Positions 39,988-51,114 of a DNA stretch of 64,000 bases are shown here, one piece after another. Position 1 is the first letter of the stretch, and every line of letters starts with the position of its first letter. A model generated the notes under the pieces. It did not search any database. It was not told where the DNA came from and worked only from the letters and a program-made list of their open reading frames with translations. A program made the translations under genes and the position numbers. Source of the DNA: Candidatus Omnitrophota bacterium (GTDB taxonomy: Bacteria; Omnitrophota; Gorgyraeia; Zapsychrales; Fredricksoniimonadaceae); assembly GCA_963828495.1 (NCBI GenBank), contig CAWHFJ010000009.1, positions 234,338 through 298,337 of the forward strand, given 5' to 3'.

Positions 39988-40680
39988 TTATCCTCTCACA
40001 AAACGGTATTTAATAATCGGCCAGTACATTTCCAAAGCTGTGGTCCATTTGATTTTTTTGCCGGCCTTAAAAGAGCGGGCGGTATAATCAATGGCAACTT
40101 CCTTGATGGTGAATCCTCGACGTAAAAGCTTCACCGTAAATTCAGTCTCAAAAGCAAAATTCCGGGACTCGATCGTGATGCCTTCCCATGCCCGACGGAC
40201 AAAAACCTTATAACAGGTGTTGATATCGGTCAACCCAACGCCATACAAGAGCTTGAATGTCCGATTGGAGATATTATTGGCCCAGCGATTGACCGGCTCC
40301 ATGCCTTGGATGGACCCCAAAAATCTGGAGCCGTATACGACCAAGGCGGTGCCGTCCAAAATAGGCTGCAAAAGTTTGGGATATTGATTGGGGTCATACT
40401 CTAAATCCGCATCTTGGACCAGCAAAATGTCTCCGGTGGCATTTTTAAATCCGGTTAAAAGGGCGGCTGTCTTGCCTTGATTGGTTTGATGAATGACGAC
40501 CAGCCCCGGCTGGCTAGCCAAACTCTTTAAAATCTCCCCGGTTTTATCCTGCGAGCCATCATTGACAACCACGATTTCACGCTCCAGGCCGGCGGGCAGG
40601 ATCACCTCCCGGACTTTTGAGATGATGGCCTCAATGGTCGACTCTTCATTATAGGCAGGAATAATAACGGATAATTTCAT
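39988..40680 (-). CDS. family 2 glycosyltransferase (polyprenyl-phosphate sugar synthase type, DPM1/ArnC/CsbB-like)
   Basis: LSVIIPAYNEE...VVVNDGSQDKT...VQDADLEYDP. Confidence 0.85.
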   Translation of the reverse strand: MKLSVIIPAYNEESTIEAIISKVREVILPAGLEREIVVVNDGSQDKTGEILKSLASQPGLVVIHQTNQGKTAALLTGFKNATGDILLVQDADLEYDPNQYPKLLQPILDGTALVVYGSRFLGSIQGMEPVNRWANNISNRTFKLLYGVGLTDINTCYKVFVRRAWEGITIESRNFAFETEFTVKLLRRGFTIKEVAIDYTARSFKAGKKIKWTTALEMYWPIIKYRFVRG

Positions 40681-42326
40681 TCTTTGTACTTATTGGTAAT
40701 CGGCAGGCGCCAGTCTTTGCCGAAAGCGCACGGGGTGATTTTGACGCCGGGCGGGGCCTGACGTCGTTTATATTCATTGGCATCTACCAAACGAATGGTC
40801 CTGGACACGAGTTGAGGGGACATGCCCCCGGCCACGATGTCCTGATAAGAGGCATGGCCTTCGATATATGCCATTAAAATTTTATCTAAATCCCGGTAGG
40901 CGCCCAGCGTCTGTTCATCGGTCTGATTCTTACGCAGTTCCGCCGACGGGGCTCGCCGCAAAATACTTTCGGGAATAAGTAGCGCCTTCGCCATGCTGTT
41001 ACGATACCTGGCCAATTCATAAACCTTGGTCTTAAAAACATCCTTGATGACCGCGTATCCGCCGGACATGTCCCCGTAGAGCGTGCAATAACCCACTGCC
41101 ATTTCGCTTTTATTGCCCGTGGTCAAAATCAATCCGCCAAACTTATTGGCAAAACCCATCAAAATATTACCGCGGATGCGTGCCTGAATATTTTCCTCAG
41201 TAGCATCAGCGGAGCGTCCGGTAAAATAAGGCGCTAAGGTTTTCACATAGTCCGCAAAAATCTTTTTGATCGGGATTTCTTTAAATTCAATGCCTAAATT
41301 CTTCGCCACTTGCCTGGCATCCAGACGGGTGGCTTTGCTGTTAAAGGCACTCGGCATAGAAATAGCCATGACATTGTGCGGCCCAAACGCGTCGCAGGCA
41401 ATACAGGCGACCAAAGCTGAATCCACGCCACCGCTTAAACCTAAGGCCACTTTTTTAAAACCATTTTTGGTCGCGTAATCACGCGTGCCCAACACCAGGG
41501 CTTTATAAATTTCTTCTGAATCATTCAAAAGCGGGGCTATCAAAGGCCCCCCTGTGTCATTGCGAGGAGCGTTTTTCGCGACGAAGCAATCTCTTCTTTT
41601 CAAGATTGATACTATAAGTAACTGCTCTTCAAATTGTACGGCCCGCGCCAACACCTGCCCTTTAGGAGATATCACCAGGCTTCCCCCGTCGAAAACCAGC
41701 TCATCCTGACCGCCGACAGCATTGACATACACCAAATATGTCTGTGTGGCACGGGCACGGGCCATCAAAAGGTCCTGGCGGATTTTCAACTTCCCTGCAT
41801 GATAGGGAGAGGAAGAAATATTGATCAAAATTTTAGCACCTGCCTTGGCTTGGGCTTGGTCCACAGCCCCCTCGACCCAAATATCTTCGCAAATATTGAT
41901 CGCGACCGGCACGCCTTTGATGGTTAAAACGCCCAGGTGCTCCCCGCGCGTAAAATATCTTTTCTCATCAAAAACGCCGTAATTGGGCAGTTCCTGCTTA
42001 TGATATACATGTTGGACGCCTCCGTCGGCAATCACCGCAGCGGCATTATAAATCTTTCCCTGCCGGTCGCTGTCCACAAAACCCGTAATGACTACAATCC
42101 CATGGATTTTCCCGGCCAAAGCCTGCAACGATTTACTGTTATCCGCCACAAAATGTTTCTTAAGCAGCAGGTCCTCCGGGGGATAGCCGCAAAGGGCCAG
42201 TTCCGGAAAAATCACAAGGTCTGCACCCCTTTTTTGGGCTTGCAGGGCATAGGCCAAAATTTTACGCGTATTGCCGGTTAAATCTCCGACGGTCGGATTA
42301 ATTTGGGCCAGGGCTATTTTTAACAT
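40677..42326 (-). CDS. nadE: glutamine-dependent NAD+ synthase (CN-hydrolase plus NAD synthetase domains)
   Basis: IALAQINPTVGD..., ICEDIW, and the SGGVDS P-loop. It contains the in-frame repeat-derived insert RRDCFVAKNAPRNDT. Confidence 0.9.
   Translation of the reverse strand: MLKIALAQINPTVGDLTGNTRKILAYALQAQKRGADLVIFPELALCGYPPEDLLLKKHFVADNSKSLQALAGKIHGIVVITGFVDSDRQGKIYNAAAVIADGGVQHVYHKQELPNYGVFDEKRYFTRGEHLGVLTIKGVPVAINICEDIWVEGAVDQAQAKAGAKILINISSSPYHAGKLKIRQDLLMARARATQTYLVYVNAVGGQDELVFDGGSLVISPKGQVLARAVQFEEQLLIVSILKRRDCFVAKNAPRNDTGGPLIAPLLNDSEEIYKALVLGTRDYATKNGFKKVALGLSGGVDSALVACIACDAFGPHNVMAISMPSAFNSKATRLDARQVAKNLGIEFKEIPIKKIFADYVKTLAPYFTGRSADATEENIQARIRGNILMGFANKFGGLILTTGNKSEMAVGYCTLYGDMSGGYAVIKDVFKTKVYELARYRNSMAKALLIPESILRRAPSAELRKNQTDEQTLGAYRDLDKILMAYIEGHASYQDIVAGGMSPQLVSRTIRLVDANEYKRRQAPPGVKITPCAFGKDWRLPITNKYKE
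41554..41593. repeat. GTCATTGCGAG-type repeat element, single arm, in frame inside nadE
   Basis: GTGTCATTGCGAGGAGCGTTTTTCGCGACGAAGCAATCTC closely matches the reverse complement of arm 28786-28819. Confidence 0.65.
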
Positions 42327-43002
42327 GGATTATTTTCCAAAAATTTTGATACAACCTTTGGGCTTGTTTCTCAAAAACCGGTTTTACCTTCCCATACTCT
42401 TCTATCATGGACCGGGCATGATCTAAACGGCCATATTCATCACACCATGCCTTGATGCTTTTGTCGGTAACTTCGATGTGAAATTGTAAACCGTACGCAT
42501 TCAAACCGACTTTGAAGGCCTGATGAGGACAACCTGTGTTCGTCGCTAATAGCAACCCGCCGCGGGGAATTTGAAACATGTCCTCGTGCCACTGATAAAC
42601 GGGATCTTGAGCGCGAAACCCCTTAAATAACGGGTCTTTCTTCCCTTCCTGAGTCAGCGTTATATGATACCAGCCGATTTCTTTAGCCGGAGATTGCCCC
42701 ACAGGGGCGCCGGCGGCCTTGGCCAACAGCTGTGCCCCCAAACAAATCCCTAAATAAGGAACGCCTGTTTTTAAAACTTTCCCAATAAACTCATTTTCCG
42801 GTTTAAGAAACGGGTAGCTGGCCTCTTGGTCTACATTCATCGGCCCGCCCAAAACCACCACCGCTTTAAAAAGCGTCGGGTCAGCCGGGAGCTCCTCGCC
42901 GGCGCCAAGCTCCACAATACGAAAAGCCTCTCCCTTGGCTTTAAGAAAATCCCCCAATGTCCCGGGGCCTTCGATAGCAATATGTTTAACGATTAAAATC
43001 AC
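42298..43002 (-). CDS. class I glutamine amidotransferase (GATase1) domain protein
   Basis: GICLGAQLLA and the HQ.HE region, with a GuaA-N-like fold pattern. Confidence 0.8.
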   Translation of the reverse strand: MILIVKHIAIEGPGTLGDFLKAKGEAFRIVELGAGEELPADPTLFKAVVVLGGPMNVDQEASYPFLKPENEFIGKVLKTGVPYLGICLGAQLLAKAAGAPVGQSPAKEIGWYHITLTQEGKKDPLFKGFRAQDPVYQWHEDMFQIPRGGLLLATNTGCPHQAFKVGLNAYGLQFHIEVTDKSIKAWCDEYGRLDHARSMIEEYGKVKPVFEKQAQRLYQNFWKIIHVKNSPGPN

Positions 43003-43134
43003 AAAGACCTGACACTATACAATGCCGGTGGATAACTTCACGATTATACAATCCTGTAAAAGAAAAAGCAAGGTAAGCGGCTGTTAGAATAATTATTCCT
43101 AAATTTTAACTAAAATGATATACTTTCACCCAAG

Positions 43135-44493
43135 ATGATTGCCCCTCATTCACGTTATTTAAAAAATGCCGCCTTTTTTATCATTCTTGCGACCATCCTT
43201 ATTGTTAATCTGCTGCGTTTCTGGAATTTAGAAAACGCCCCTAAGGGATTCTACATCGACGAAATTACAAGCGCGGTGAACGCTCATTGCATGGCCACAG
43301 ACGGCACCGATTACTCCGGGAAAAAATGGCCTCTGTTTGGCTTTGGGTTTGGTTCTCCCAAGCCGCCGACACAGCTGTATCCCTTAGGGTTTTGGGTCAA
43401 AATCTTTGGCATATCTATCGGCAGCGTTCGGGCTTTTTCGGCGTTCGCCTATACCTTGGGTCTCATCGGACTTTTTCTTCTGGCACGGCTTCTGGGAGGC
43501 CCTACATGCGCTTGGGCCACCCTTCTGGTATCCAGTATCTCGCCCTGGGGATGGATGTTATCCAGACTCGCTTTTGAGTCCATTTTGGGGCCCATATTCC
43601 TGATCTGGGGCGTCTTCTGTTTTCTGCGAAACCCTCGATGGGGAAATATGGTCCTTGCCGGATTTTTTATGGCCTGTGCCATGTATTCTTATCCGCCGAC
43701 ACGCCTGCAGGCCCCTCTCGTCATTCTTCTTCTGGTCGGCTACCAAATAAAACAAAAACATGTGGCGTTAAAATCTCTGGGAATTTTCTTTATCGTACTG
43801 GCTGTGTGTTGTGTTCCGCTCCTCCGGGGGACTCTCCAAGGTCCCTTGCTGGACCGTTTTAATTCGATAAGCATCCTCTCAACAACATCCTCTGCAACAG
43901 ATTTTCTCATGACCTTTACCAAAAATTATTTTTCCCATCTGAGCCCCCAATACCTATTCCTGACAGGTGATAATAATTATCGCCACTCCACAAGACATTT
44001 CGGAGAATTAAGCTGGCTTGATATGCTTGGCCTGGGGGCAGGAGTGTGGCTTTTCATCCTCTTACTTAAAAAAAAGAAAAGACCTTCTCCTCTTGTCATT
44101 TTTCTTTTAATGGCTGCCGCTAGCGGCATCGTCCCTGCGGCACTGACTTGGGAAAGCCTGCCCAATGCCCTGCGTTCATTCGGGGCACAACCTTTCACAG
44201 AACTACTGCTCGGCTATTCTCTGGCCCAAGCGATCGACCGCTGGCCTAATATCCTGATCGTGGGTTCTGTCACCGGAGCTATCTTTGCGGCTAGTTTCCT
44301 GAGCGTGTATTTCACCACCTATCCCGCCGATAGCGCAGAGGCCTTCCAATCCGATCTCAGACTTGAGGCTGAGCACTGCAAAACAGATCAAGACTGGGTC
44401 AAATTTTTCTTACATTACGCCAACGACAGGATCATATTCCAGTATTACCTAATGCGTAACTACCAGAAGCCCTATTCTACTTGGTTCTTTTAA
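43135..44493 (+). CDS. GT-C fold membrane glycosyltransferase (ArnT/PMT_2-like)
   Basis: Polytopic protein whose first loop FYIDEITSAVNAHCMA contains a DE motif. Confidence 0.65.
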   Translation: MIAPHSRYLKNAAFFIILATILIVNLLRFWNLENAPKGFYIDEITSAVNAHCMATDGTDYSGKKWPLFGFGFGSPKPPTQLYPLGFWVKIFGISIGSVRAFSAFAYTLGLIGLFLLARLLGGPTCAWATLLVSSISPWGWMLSRLAFESILGPIFLIWGVFCFLRNPRWGNMVLAGFFMACAMYSYPPTRLQAPLVILLLVGYQIKQKHVALKSLGIFFIVLAVCCVPLLRGTLQGPLLDRFNSISILSTTSSATDFLMTFTKNYFSHLSPQYLFLTGDNNYRHSTRHFGELSWLDMLGLGAGVWLFILLLKKKKRPSPLVIFLLMAAASGIVPAALTWESLPNALRSFGAQPFTELLLGYSLAQAIDRWPNILIVGSVTGAIFAASFLSVYFTTYPADSAEAFQSDLRLEAEHCKTDQDWVKFFLHYANDRIIFQYYLMRNYQKPYSTWFF

Positions 44494-46204
44494 ATAGCCC
44501 CAAGTCCCACATAATAGCTATCAGTCCTAACACGCTGACCCACAAGCCTAAAATAAAATTAAACGGCAGATACTGAAAAACAATTGTTGAATCCTCCGGC
44601 GTCACTTCAACGCCCAGAACGCCGTTGACATTCACCAGCGGCTTAGGCGGGTTCGTCCTCCATCCCCGATCAAAATTCTGATTCACCACCAGGATGTCCC
44701 TATGGGGGACGCGGACCTTCACATCCCATCGATTCGGAGACCACCCCGCCACCTCCACTTGTCCCGGGCCGTTCTGAAGGTAGAATTCGCCTCTATACAT
44801 CGGGGAATTTTTAGCATGCACATGGGGTGCAATCGGCAGGGCCTCATAGCCGTTGGCCGTTCCGGTATTGCGCAACAAAAGGTCCATCATGAAACTGTTC
44901 CCAAAACGAAATTCCTGTTTTTGCGTGACATCCAGCTGGCTAAAAGGCATCGACGGCTGGAAATCTTCATAGGGCCGCGCATTCGTTACAGTAAACTTAC
45001 GCGTCACTGACAGGACGGCAAAAAGATTAACCATCACAAAAATAACAGCTACGCATGAAAGCAAAACAACCAGGGGGTATTTATCACGCCACCGTGAAAC
45101 CAAATAAGATAACGAAACCCCGCCGGTGAAAGCGACAAAGAACACGGAAATCAAAAAGGAACGCGTTGAAAAATGGAAATAACCTAATCCCAACGCGGAG
45201 TTGCCCAAAGCCATGACTAAAGAAAAAAGAAGGACGCATAAATACGGCCAAAATTTCTTCCAGTGAAAAAACAAAACCACCGTCAACGCACACGGGATAA
45301 GACCGACGTAGGCGGAAAATTCCGTCACTGTCAGACCGGGCAGGTGCTCATGGATCTGGTCTGGACAAAGAAACGCATAGTAAAACACACTCCAGGGCAC
45401 GTCAGGTGAATCATTTAATGTTACGCGCGGGAATCGATACAGAGTCTCCATGACCATCAACAGCCTTGGCGCGCAGAACACCACAAAAGCGGCCATCATC
45501 TCGGCCAAACGCAGCAAATACCCTGCCCTTTTATCGCGCCAAGCCAAAAACACCGTCAACAACACAAAGACCCATATCACAAATGCAAAAGGATACGTTC
45601 CGCCGCCCCAAAATTGTAAACTCAGCATAAGCGCGGCCGGATACATCCATAACCGCACCTCCAATCCTTTAAGAAAAAACAGCATCATCCATGGCCAATA
45701 CATCGCCATCATCCACATAAAATTGCCTTGCGCAACGTGATAGGCCACTGTTCCGTTGAATGCTAAAACAACAGCTGCCAAAATGCGCGCTATCCATAGG
45801 GTGTTAAAATATCCCATCAGCACATACATCCCTGTCATGCCCACCACCGCATTTAAAATATTGCCCAGCTTAACGCCTGCTATGGGGCCCGCAAGCAGCG
45901 ATAATAAAAATGTTAAAGATAACGGAGAAGGATTTTGAGGATTACCGATTAAACTACAACCGCCCCGCACATACGGGTTCCACAGAGGGAATTCGTGGAA
46001 GTATTTAATACTCCAGGCAGGCACGGCGTGCATAAAATTGGAGTAATCCCAATCCGCCGTTCCATAGGCTTGCCAATCCCCATCCACAGGGCCATAAAAA
46101 AGCACGGCCAATAACACAAAAAGGCCCAACGCCGCGATAAAAAAAGCGCGGCGGTTTTCTGTCTTTTCCGGCAACTCACAAAATACGTGCATGAACTTCG
46201 GCAT
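44477..46204 (-). CDS. polytopic membrane protein, YfhO-like GT-C candidate
   Basis: The N-terminal loop ..FPLWNPYVRGGCSLIGNPQNP.. resembles YfhO-family proteins. It has many TM helices and a soluble C-terminus. Confidence 0.5.
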   Translation of the reverse strand: MPKFMHVFCELPEKTENRRAFFIAALGLFVLLAVLFYGPVDGDWQAYGTADWDYSNFMHAVPAWSIKYFHEFPLWNPYVRGGCSLIGNPQNPSPLSLTFLLSLLAGPIAGVKLGNILNAVVGMTGMYVLMGYFNTLWIARILAAVVLAFNGTVAYHVAQGNFMWMMAMYWPWMMLFFLKGLEVRLWMYPAALMLSLQFWGGGTYPFAFVIWVFVLLTVFLAWRDKRAGYLLRLAEMMAAFVVFCAPRLLMVMETLYRFPRVTLNDSPDVPWSVFYYAFLCPDQIHEHLPGLTVTEFSAYVGLIPCALTVVLFFHWKKFWPYLCVLLFSLVMALGNSALGLGYFHFSTRSFLISVFFVAFTGGVSLSYLVSRWRDKYPLVVLLSCVAVIFVMVNLFAVLSVTRKFTVTNARPYEDFQPSMPFSQLDVTQKQEFRFGNSFMMDLLLRNTGTANGYEALPIAPHVHAKNSPMYRGEFYLQNGPGQVEVAGWSPNRWDVKVRVPHRDILVVNQNFDRGWRTNPPKPLVNVNGVLGVEVTPEDSTIVFQYLPFNFILGLWVSVLGLIAIMWDLGLFKRTK

Positions 46205-46838
46205 TCAGATTTTCTCCCTGGTATTCCTGCTCTATTGCCGGATTAAGGTGGCCGCTGTGCGCCAAAGACTCCAGCAGAAGAATATACGCATCATGGTAGG
46301 ACTGACGTAAACTCACAATAATATCAAGGCTGTCATCCCTCGAGGCCAAAATCTGCCGATAAACAGTCGAACTCATCATCCGCTTCAACGTTTCCTGCGG
46401 CGGTATTGTCAGGGCTTTTTGCAAAAGCTCTGCACTGTGCCCATAATCCCCCTGCTTAAATAAAAGACGTGCTAAATTAAATTCTATGAAGAAAAACTGC
46501 GGGTCGAGGCGATGCGCGGCTTTTAAAAAAACTCTGGCCCGGGGGGTACGGCCTGTGATTTCATAGAGATACCCCAGCATTAACATCCCGTCACTATTGT
46601 CAGGCATGGCCTGGGTCACCAGATAAAAATAATCAAAATATTCTTTCAAGGTGTTCTTGGAAAGTCCATGAGACCTGTGCTTTTCGATATGAAGAAAGTT
46701 GTGAAAATCAGGACGGGTCCTGTTGAGGATGATGATTTGCCGGTCTGATTTAAAATGGCCGCTCGTGTAATGCAGTGACACGATGATTCCTGCTGCGACT
46801 ACAAGAAATAAAATGACCCGTGCCGGCCAATTGTTCAT
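46176..46838 (-). CDS. membrane-anchored TPR-repeat protein
   Basis: N-terminal TM helix and TPR-like repeats. It overlaps the downstream GT-C-like gene. Confidence 0.65.
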   Translation of the reverse strand: MNNWPARVILFLVVAAGIIVSLHYTSGHFKSDRQIIILNRTRPDFHNFLHIEKHRSHGLSKNTLKEYFDYFYLVTQAMPDNSDGMLMLGYLYEITGRTPRARVFLKAAHRLDPQFFFIEFNLARLLFKQGDYGHSAELLQKALTIPPQETLKRMMSSTVYRQILASRDDSLDIIVSLRQSYHDAYILLLESLAHSGHLNPAIEQEYQGENLNAEVHARIL

Positions 46839-46870
46839 TAAAGCCCCCCTTCTTTTTGGTTTAGTATATC

Positions 46871-46922
46871 AAAAAACAGGGACGTCTCCCATTTATTAAA
46901 TAGGAAACGTCCCTGTTTTTTT
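46871..46922 (-). terminator. intrinsic terminator after glnN
   Basis: CAGGGACGT...ACGTCCCTG stem flanked by an A6 run and a T7 run. Confidence 0.75.
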
Positions 46923-46947
46923 AATCGACTAAAACACTTAGAACTAG

Positions 46948-47169
46948 TTACGCATTCATCAATAACATTTCCGCGTAACTGGGTAATGGCCATAAGTTGG
47001 CCGGAACAAAACCTTCCAGCTCATCAATGGTCTCGCGCAAACTGGCCATGCCGGCAAAAATCTTCGCCGCGTCATGTTTAACCAAAGCCGCCTCCAAGGC
47101 GTCCGTCTCGCTCAATGCCTGATCGATCAGTCCCGAAATTTGCTTTAACAGTTTCTTTTGACCCGTCAT
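46948..47169 (-). CDS. glnN: type III glutamine synthetase, C-terminal fragment
   Basis: ..[13 protein letters not shown] is the GSIII C-terminal tail. It joins 47166..49049 if the A5 run (plus-strand T-run 47169-47173) is read as A6. Confidence 0.8.
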   Translation of the reverse strand: MTGQKKLLKQISGLIDQALSETDALEAALVKHDAAKIFAGMASLRETIDELEGFVPANLWPLPSYAEMLLMNA

Positions 47170-49049
47170 TTTTCCGGAACCCCCACAGACTTGATCGTCT
47201 CCGCCACCTGCTTTTGATACTCAATAGCCGCAGGGATCAACTGTGTGCGGGCCATGGTCACTGCGCAATCACCTTCTAAGACCAAAACTGTATGATAGGC
47301 GTGTTTGTTGATCTCATAGCGAGAGGCGATTTCCACCTCAGTCAAAACGCCATGCTTCACCAAAACTTGGATATTCTTCTTGGTCTTGAGGACTTCTATG
47401 GACTCCGGCGTATTTTTTAAATTCGGCAAACCGCGCTTTTTGGCCTCAACAGTCCATTCCGGGACATAATTGTCCCCATTGTAAACCACTCTCTTGTGTT
47501 TCTTAATGATCTCTTGCAGGACTTTTTGCAGGCTGGTATTAAAATTCTTGCCTGCTTTCTTGTCCGCTTCCAATTGGTCACAGATATCAGAAACAGCCTC
47601 AGCCACAATGGTGTTGAGAATCATGTTAGCGGCTGAAGGGTTCATATTAGAACCCACTGCGCGGAATTCGAACTTGGCTCCGGTAAAGGCAAAAGTCGAA
47701 GAACGGTTGCGGTCAGTTGTGTCCTTGGCCAATTGCGGCAAAGAATCAACGCCCACTTGCAATACCCCGCCCTGTTTGGAAGTTTTGGCTCCGCCCTTTT
47801 CAATTTGTTCAATGATATCGGTCAGCTGATCGCCTAAAAAGATAGACACGATCGCCGGAGGCGCTTCATTAGCACCCAGACGATGATCATTGCCGGCCGT
47901 GGCGACACTGACGCGTAAAAGATCCGCATAGGTATCAACCCCTTTGATAACCGCGCACAACAAAGCTAAAAACTTCGCATTATCATGCGGGGTCTTGCCG
48001 GGATACAGCCAATTCTTACCATCCGGCCCTACCACCGACCAGTTATTGTGCTTGCCCGAACCATTGATCCCTGCAAAAGGTTTTTCATGCAATAGGCAAA
48101 CTAACCCATGCTTATCAGCGACCTGACGCATCACTTCCATGGCCACCATGTTATGATCAACGCCGATATTCAGCTCTTCATAAATCGGCGCCATTTCATA
48201 TTGGGCCGGGGCCACTTCATTGTGACGGGTCTTCGACGGCATCCCCAACCCCCACAACGTGCGGTCCAAATCTTCCATAAAGCCCATAATACGCGGCTTG
48301 ATCGCCCCAAAATAATGGTCTTCCTGCTGTTGATGTTTGGCCGGTTTTCTGCCGAAGAGCGTGCGTCCGGTTTCGACCAGATCCAACCGTGCCTCATAAT
48401 GGGCTTTGTCGATGAGAAAATATTCCTGTTCAGGCCCTAACGTGCAGTAGGCGCGCTTACCTTTGGTATCAATGCCAAAAAGATTAGCTAAACGGCAAAC
48501 CTGACGACTTAAAGCCACCATGGAACGCAACAACGGCGTCTTTTTATCCAACGCCTCGCCATGATAACCAATATAAAATGTCGGGATGCACAAGGTGGTT
48601 GCTTCAGGCCCTTCTTTAATGAACGCCGGCGACGTCGGGTCCCAACCTGTATAGCCGCGGGCTTCAAAAGTCGCGCGCAATCCGCCGGAAGGAAAAGAAG
48701 ACGCATCCGGCTCGCCTTGAATAAGCTCTTTACCGGAAAAATTTAAAACAACCCCTCCTGTAGCGTCCCACGCGATAAACGAATCATGTTTTTCAGCAGT
48801 AACGCCGGTCAACGGCTGAAACCAATGCGTAAAATGCGTGGCCCCTTTAGCAATGGCCCATTTTTTCATGGCCTCGGCCACTTCATCGGCAATAGAGACA
48901 TCCAGCTTGCCGCCTTCTTTTATAGTTTTCTCAATAGAAGCATAGGCTTTGGGAGAAAGGCATTCTTTCATCACCTTGAGACTAAATACGTTTTCGCCGA
49001 AATGTTCAGGTAAATATTCACTAAGACCTTGACTCATGTATCCCTCCAA
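47166..49049 (-). CDS. glnN: type III glutamine synthetase, main fragment
   Basis: Size and motifs are those of GSIII (..[10 protein letters not shown].., ..[12 protein letters not shown]..). Confidence 0.85.
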   Translation of the reverse strand: MEGYMSQGLSEYLPEHFGENVFSLKVMKECLSPKAYASIEKTIKEGGKLDVSIADEVAEAMKKWAIAKGATHFTHWFQPLTGVTAEKHDSFIAWDATGGVVLNFSGKELIQGEPDASSFPSGGLRATFEARGYTGWDPTSPAFIKEGPEATTLCIPTFYIGYHGEALDKKTPLLRSMVALSRQVCRLANLFGIDTKGKRAYCTLGPEQEYFLIDKAHYEARLDLVETGRTLFGRKPAKHQQQEDHYFGAIKPRIMGFMEDLDRTLWGLGMPSKTRHNEVAPAQYEMAPIYEELNIGVDHNMVAMEVMRQVADKHGLVCLLHEKPFAGINGSGKHNNWSVVGPDGKNWLYPGKTPHDNAKFLALLCAVIKGVDTYADLLRVSVATAGNDHRLGANEAPPAIVSIFLGDQLTDIIEQIEKGGAKTSKQGGVLQVGVDSLPQLAKDTTDRNRSSTFAFTGAKFEFRAVGSNMNPSAANMILNTIVAEAVSDICDQLEADKKAGKNFNTSLQKVLQEIIKKHKRVVYNGDNYVPEWTVEAKKRGLPNLKNTPESIEVLKTKKNIQVLVKHGVLTEVEIASRYEINKHAYHTVLVLEGDCAVTMARTQLIPAAIEYQKQVAETIKSVGVPEK

Positions 49050-49053
49050 TTTG

Positions 49054-49088
49054 GCCCCGCCGCTTGGTTGCTAACAACCAGGCGGGGC
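49054..49088. repeat. conserved bulged GC-rich hairpin, copy 2
   Basis: GCCCCGCC-GCT-TGGTTG-CTAA-CAACCA-GGCGGGGC. It lies just upstream of the glnN RBS. Confidence 0.6.
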
Positions 49089-49100
49089 TGATGTTAATAG

Positions 49101-49150
49101 TAATAAAAGAATTTCACGCAGACTGCTTGCCAGCAGTCTACGTGAAATTC
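49101..49150 (-). terminator. intrinsic terminator after glnA
   Basis: Long stem GAATTTCACG.AGACTGC..GCAGTCT.CGTGAAATTC followed on the minus strand by TTTTATTA. Confidence 0.8.
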
Positions 49151-49188
49151 AGATTGGCTTTATTGGGTGATGTTAGAAACTCTGTAGA

Positions 49189-50661
49189 TTAAATATCAAA
49201 ATACAGATAGAACTCATGCGGATGAGGCCTCAAACGCATTGGATCAATCTCGCATTCATGTTTGTATTCAATCCAGGTATCAATCACATCCGGTGTAAAT
49301 ACCCCTCCTTCCAATAAAAACGCGCGGTCTTTGTCTAACGCATCTAAAGCCTGGTCCAAAGAACGCGGAACTTGTTTAATCTTTTTGGCTTCTGCCTCTG
49401 TCAAGGCATAGATATTCTTGTCCAGCGGTTCGCCGGGATCAATCTTATTCTTAATGCCGTCTAATCCGGCCATGAGCATGGCGGCAAAGGCCAAATACGG
49501 GTTGGCGGCAGGGTCCGGCGGACGAAACTCGAGCCTCTTGGTTTTCGGGCTCTTAGAATACATCGGAATACGTACAGCCGCGGAACGGTTGCGCTGGGAA
49601 TACACCAGGTTGACCGGTGCTTCATATCCCGGGACCAAACGTTTATAGGAATTGGTCGTCGGCGCCGCAAAGGCCAAAATGGCATGCGAGTGTTTCAAAA
49701 GACCGCCGATATAATACATGGCCTCTTGGCTTAATAACGCATACCCATCCTTATCGAAAAAGGCATTCTTACCATTTTTCCAAAGGCTTTGGTGGACGTG
49801 CATGCCGGAACCGTTGTCTTTAAAAAGAGGCTTGGGCATAAACGTCGCGGTCATATTATGCTTGCGGGCAGTGTTCTTGATAACATACTTGTAATACATC
49901 AAATTATCCGCCATCTTAACAAGACTGCCGTAGCGGATATCGATCTCGCATTGACCGGCAGTCGCCACTTCATGATGATGCACCTCAATGGGCACGCCGA
50001 TTTTCCTAAGCGTCAGCATGATCTCGGAACGGATGTCCTGGAGCGTATCATGCGGCGGCACCGGGAAATACCCTTCCTTATACCGTGGTTTATACCCTAA
50101 ATTGGGTTGCTCGTCGCGGCCGGAGTTCCAGTCACCCTCATTCGAATCAATGAAATAATAACCGGCATTCTCCGTCTGGTCAAAACGGATGTCATTAAAC
50201 AAGAAAAACTCGGCTTCCGGCCCCCAGTAACTGGTGTCGGCGATACCGGTTTTCTTCAAATATTCTTCTGCCTTCTTGGCAATATACCGCGGGTCTCTCG
50301 AGTAGGCCTTGCGCGTAACCGGGTCAAAAACATCGCAGATAATGCTTAACGTCGGGACTTGGCAGACCGGATCAACAACCGCACTGGACGCATCCGGCAT
50401 CAAGATCATATCGCTTTCATGGATCTTTTGGAAACCGCGGATACTGGAACCGTCAAAACCGATGCCGTCGGTCCAAATACTCGTCGGACTTTCAACGTCC
50501 ATAATATCGGCCGCCGGGATTGAAAAATGCTGCCAGAGGCCCGGCAAATCATTAAACTTAAGGTCAATGATCTCGATCTTATGCTTCTCGATGAGTTTGA
50601 CCACATCTTTCGGGTCTTTCGGCAGACCGTTGCCTTCCATCTTCGTCACTAATGTTGACAT
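49189..50661 (-). CDS. glnA: type I glutamine synthetase
   Basis: [18 protein letters not shown]...[13 protein letters not shown]...RIP. Confidence 0.95.
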   Translation of the reverse strand: MSTLVTKMEGNGLPKDPKDVVKLIEKHKIEIIDLKFNDLPGLWQHFSIPAADIMDVESPTSIWTDGIGFDGSSIRGFQKIHESDMILMPDASSAVVDPVCQVPTLSIICDVFDPVTRKAYSRDPRYIAKKAEEYLKKTGIADTSYWGPEAEFFLFNDIRFDQTENAGYYFIDSNEGDWNSGRDEQPNLGYKPRYKEGYFPVPPHDTLQDIRSEIMLTLRKIGVPIEVHHHEVATAGQCEIDIRYGSLVKMADNLMYYKYVIKNTARKHNMTATFMPKPLFKDNGSGMHVHQSLWKNGKNAFFDKDGYALLSQEAMYYIGGLLKHSHAILAFAAPTTNSYKRLVPGYEAPVNLVYSQRNRSAAVRIPMYSKSPKTKRLEFRPPDPAANPYLAFAAMLMAGLDGIKNKIDPGEPLDKNIYALTEAEAKKIKQVPRSLDQALDALDKDRAFLLEGGVFTPDVIDTWIEYKHECEIDPMRLRPHPHEFYLYFDI

Positions 50662-50710
50662 TTTATTTGCTCCTCTCTAAGTGAAAATGCTCTTTTCAAG
50701 GTGATTGGGC

Positions 50711-50739
50711 ATGATAATATATCTACCTAAAACTGTCAA
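50711..50739 (-). promoter_or_regulatory. sigma70-type promoter candidate for glnA
   Basis: On the minus strand, TTGACA (50739-50734), a 17-nt spacer, then TATCAT (50716-50711). Confidence 0.5.
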
Positions 50740-50759
50740 GATTTTCATCTCTCCTCAGC

Positions 50760-51101
50760 CTACCCGATGGCCTTGGAGCCTTCTTCACCGGTGCGGATGC
50801 GTATACATCGGGGCAAATCCAAAACGAAAATTTTGCCGTCCCCGATTTTTCCGATGCGAGCCCCCTTAATAATGGCCTTGATGGTCGGTTCAACAAAATC
50901 CTCGTTCACGGCGATCTCCAGCTTAATTTTGCGCAGCAAATTGCCGGTTTCCTTGACCCCGCGATAGAATTCGGTGACCCCCACCTGACGGCCATGGCCC
51001 AAAACCTCGGACACCGTGATCAAGTTGACATCCACGGCATACAGCTCCTTCTTGACATCATCGAGCTTGTAGGGCTGAATAAATGCAATGACTAATTTCA
51101 T
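50760..51101 (-). CDS. glnB: P-II nitrogen regulatory protein
   Basis: [17 protein letters not shown]...GHGRQ...GDGKIFV. It is linked to amt, so it could equally be named glnK. Confidence 0.95.
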   Translation of the reverse strand: MKLVIAFIQPYKLDDVKKELYAVDVNLITVSEVLGHGRQVGVTEFYRGVKETGNLLRKIKLEIAVNEDFVEPTIKAIIKGARIGKIGDGKIFVLDLPRCIRIRTGEEGSKAIG

Positions 51102-51114
51102 ATCAGAATCCTCC

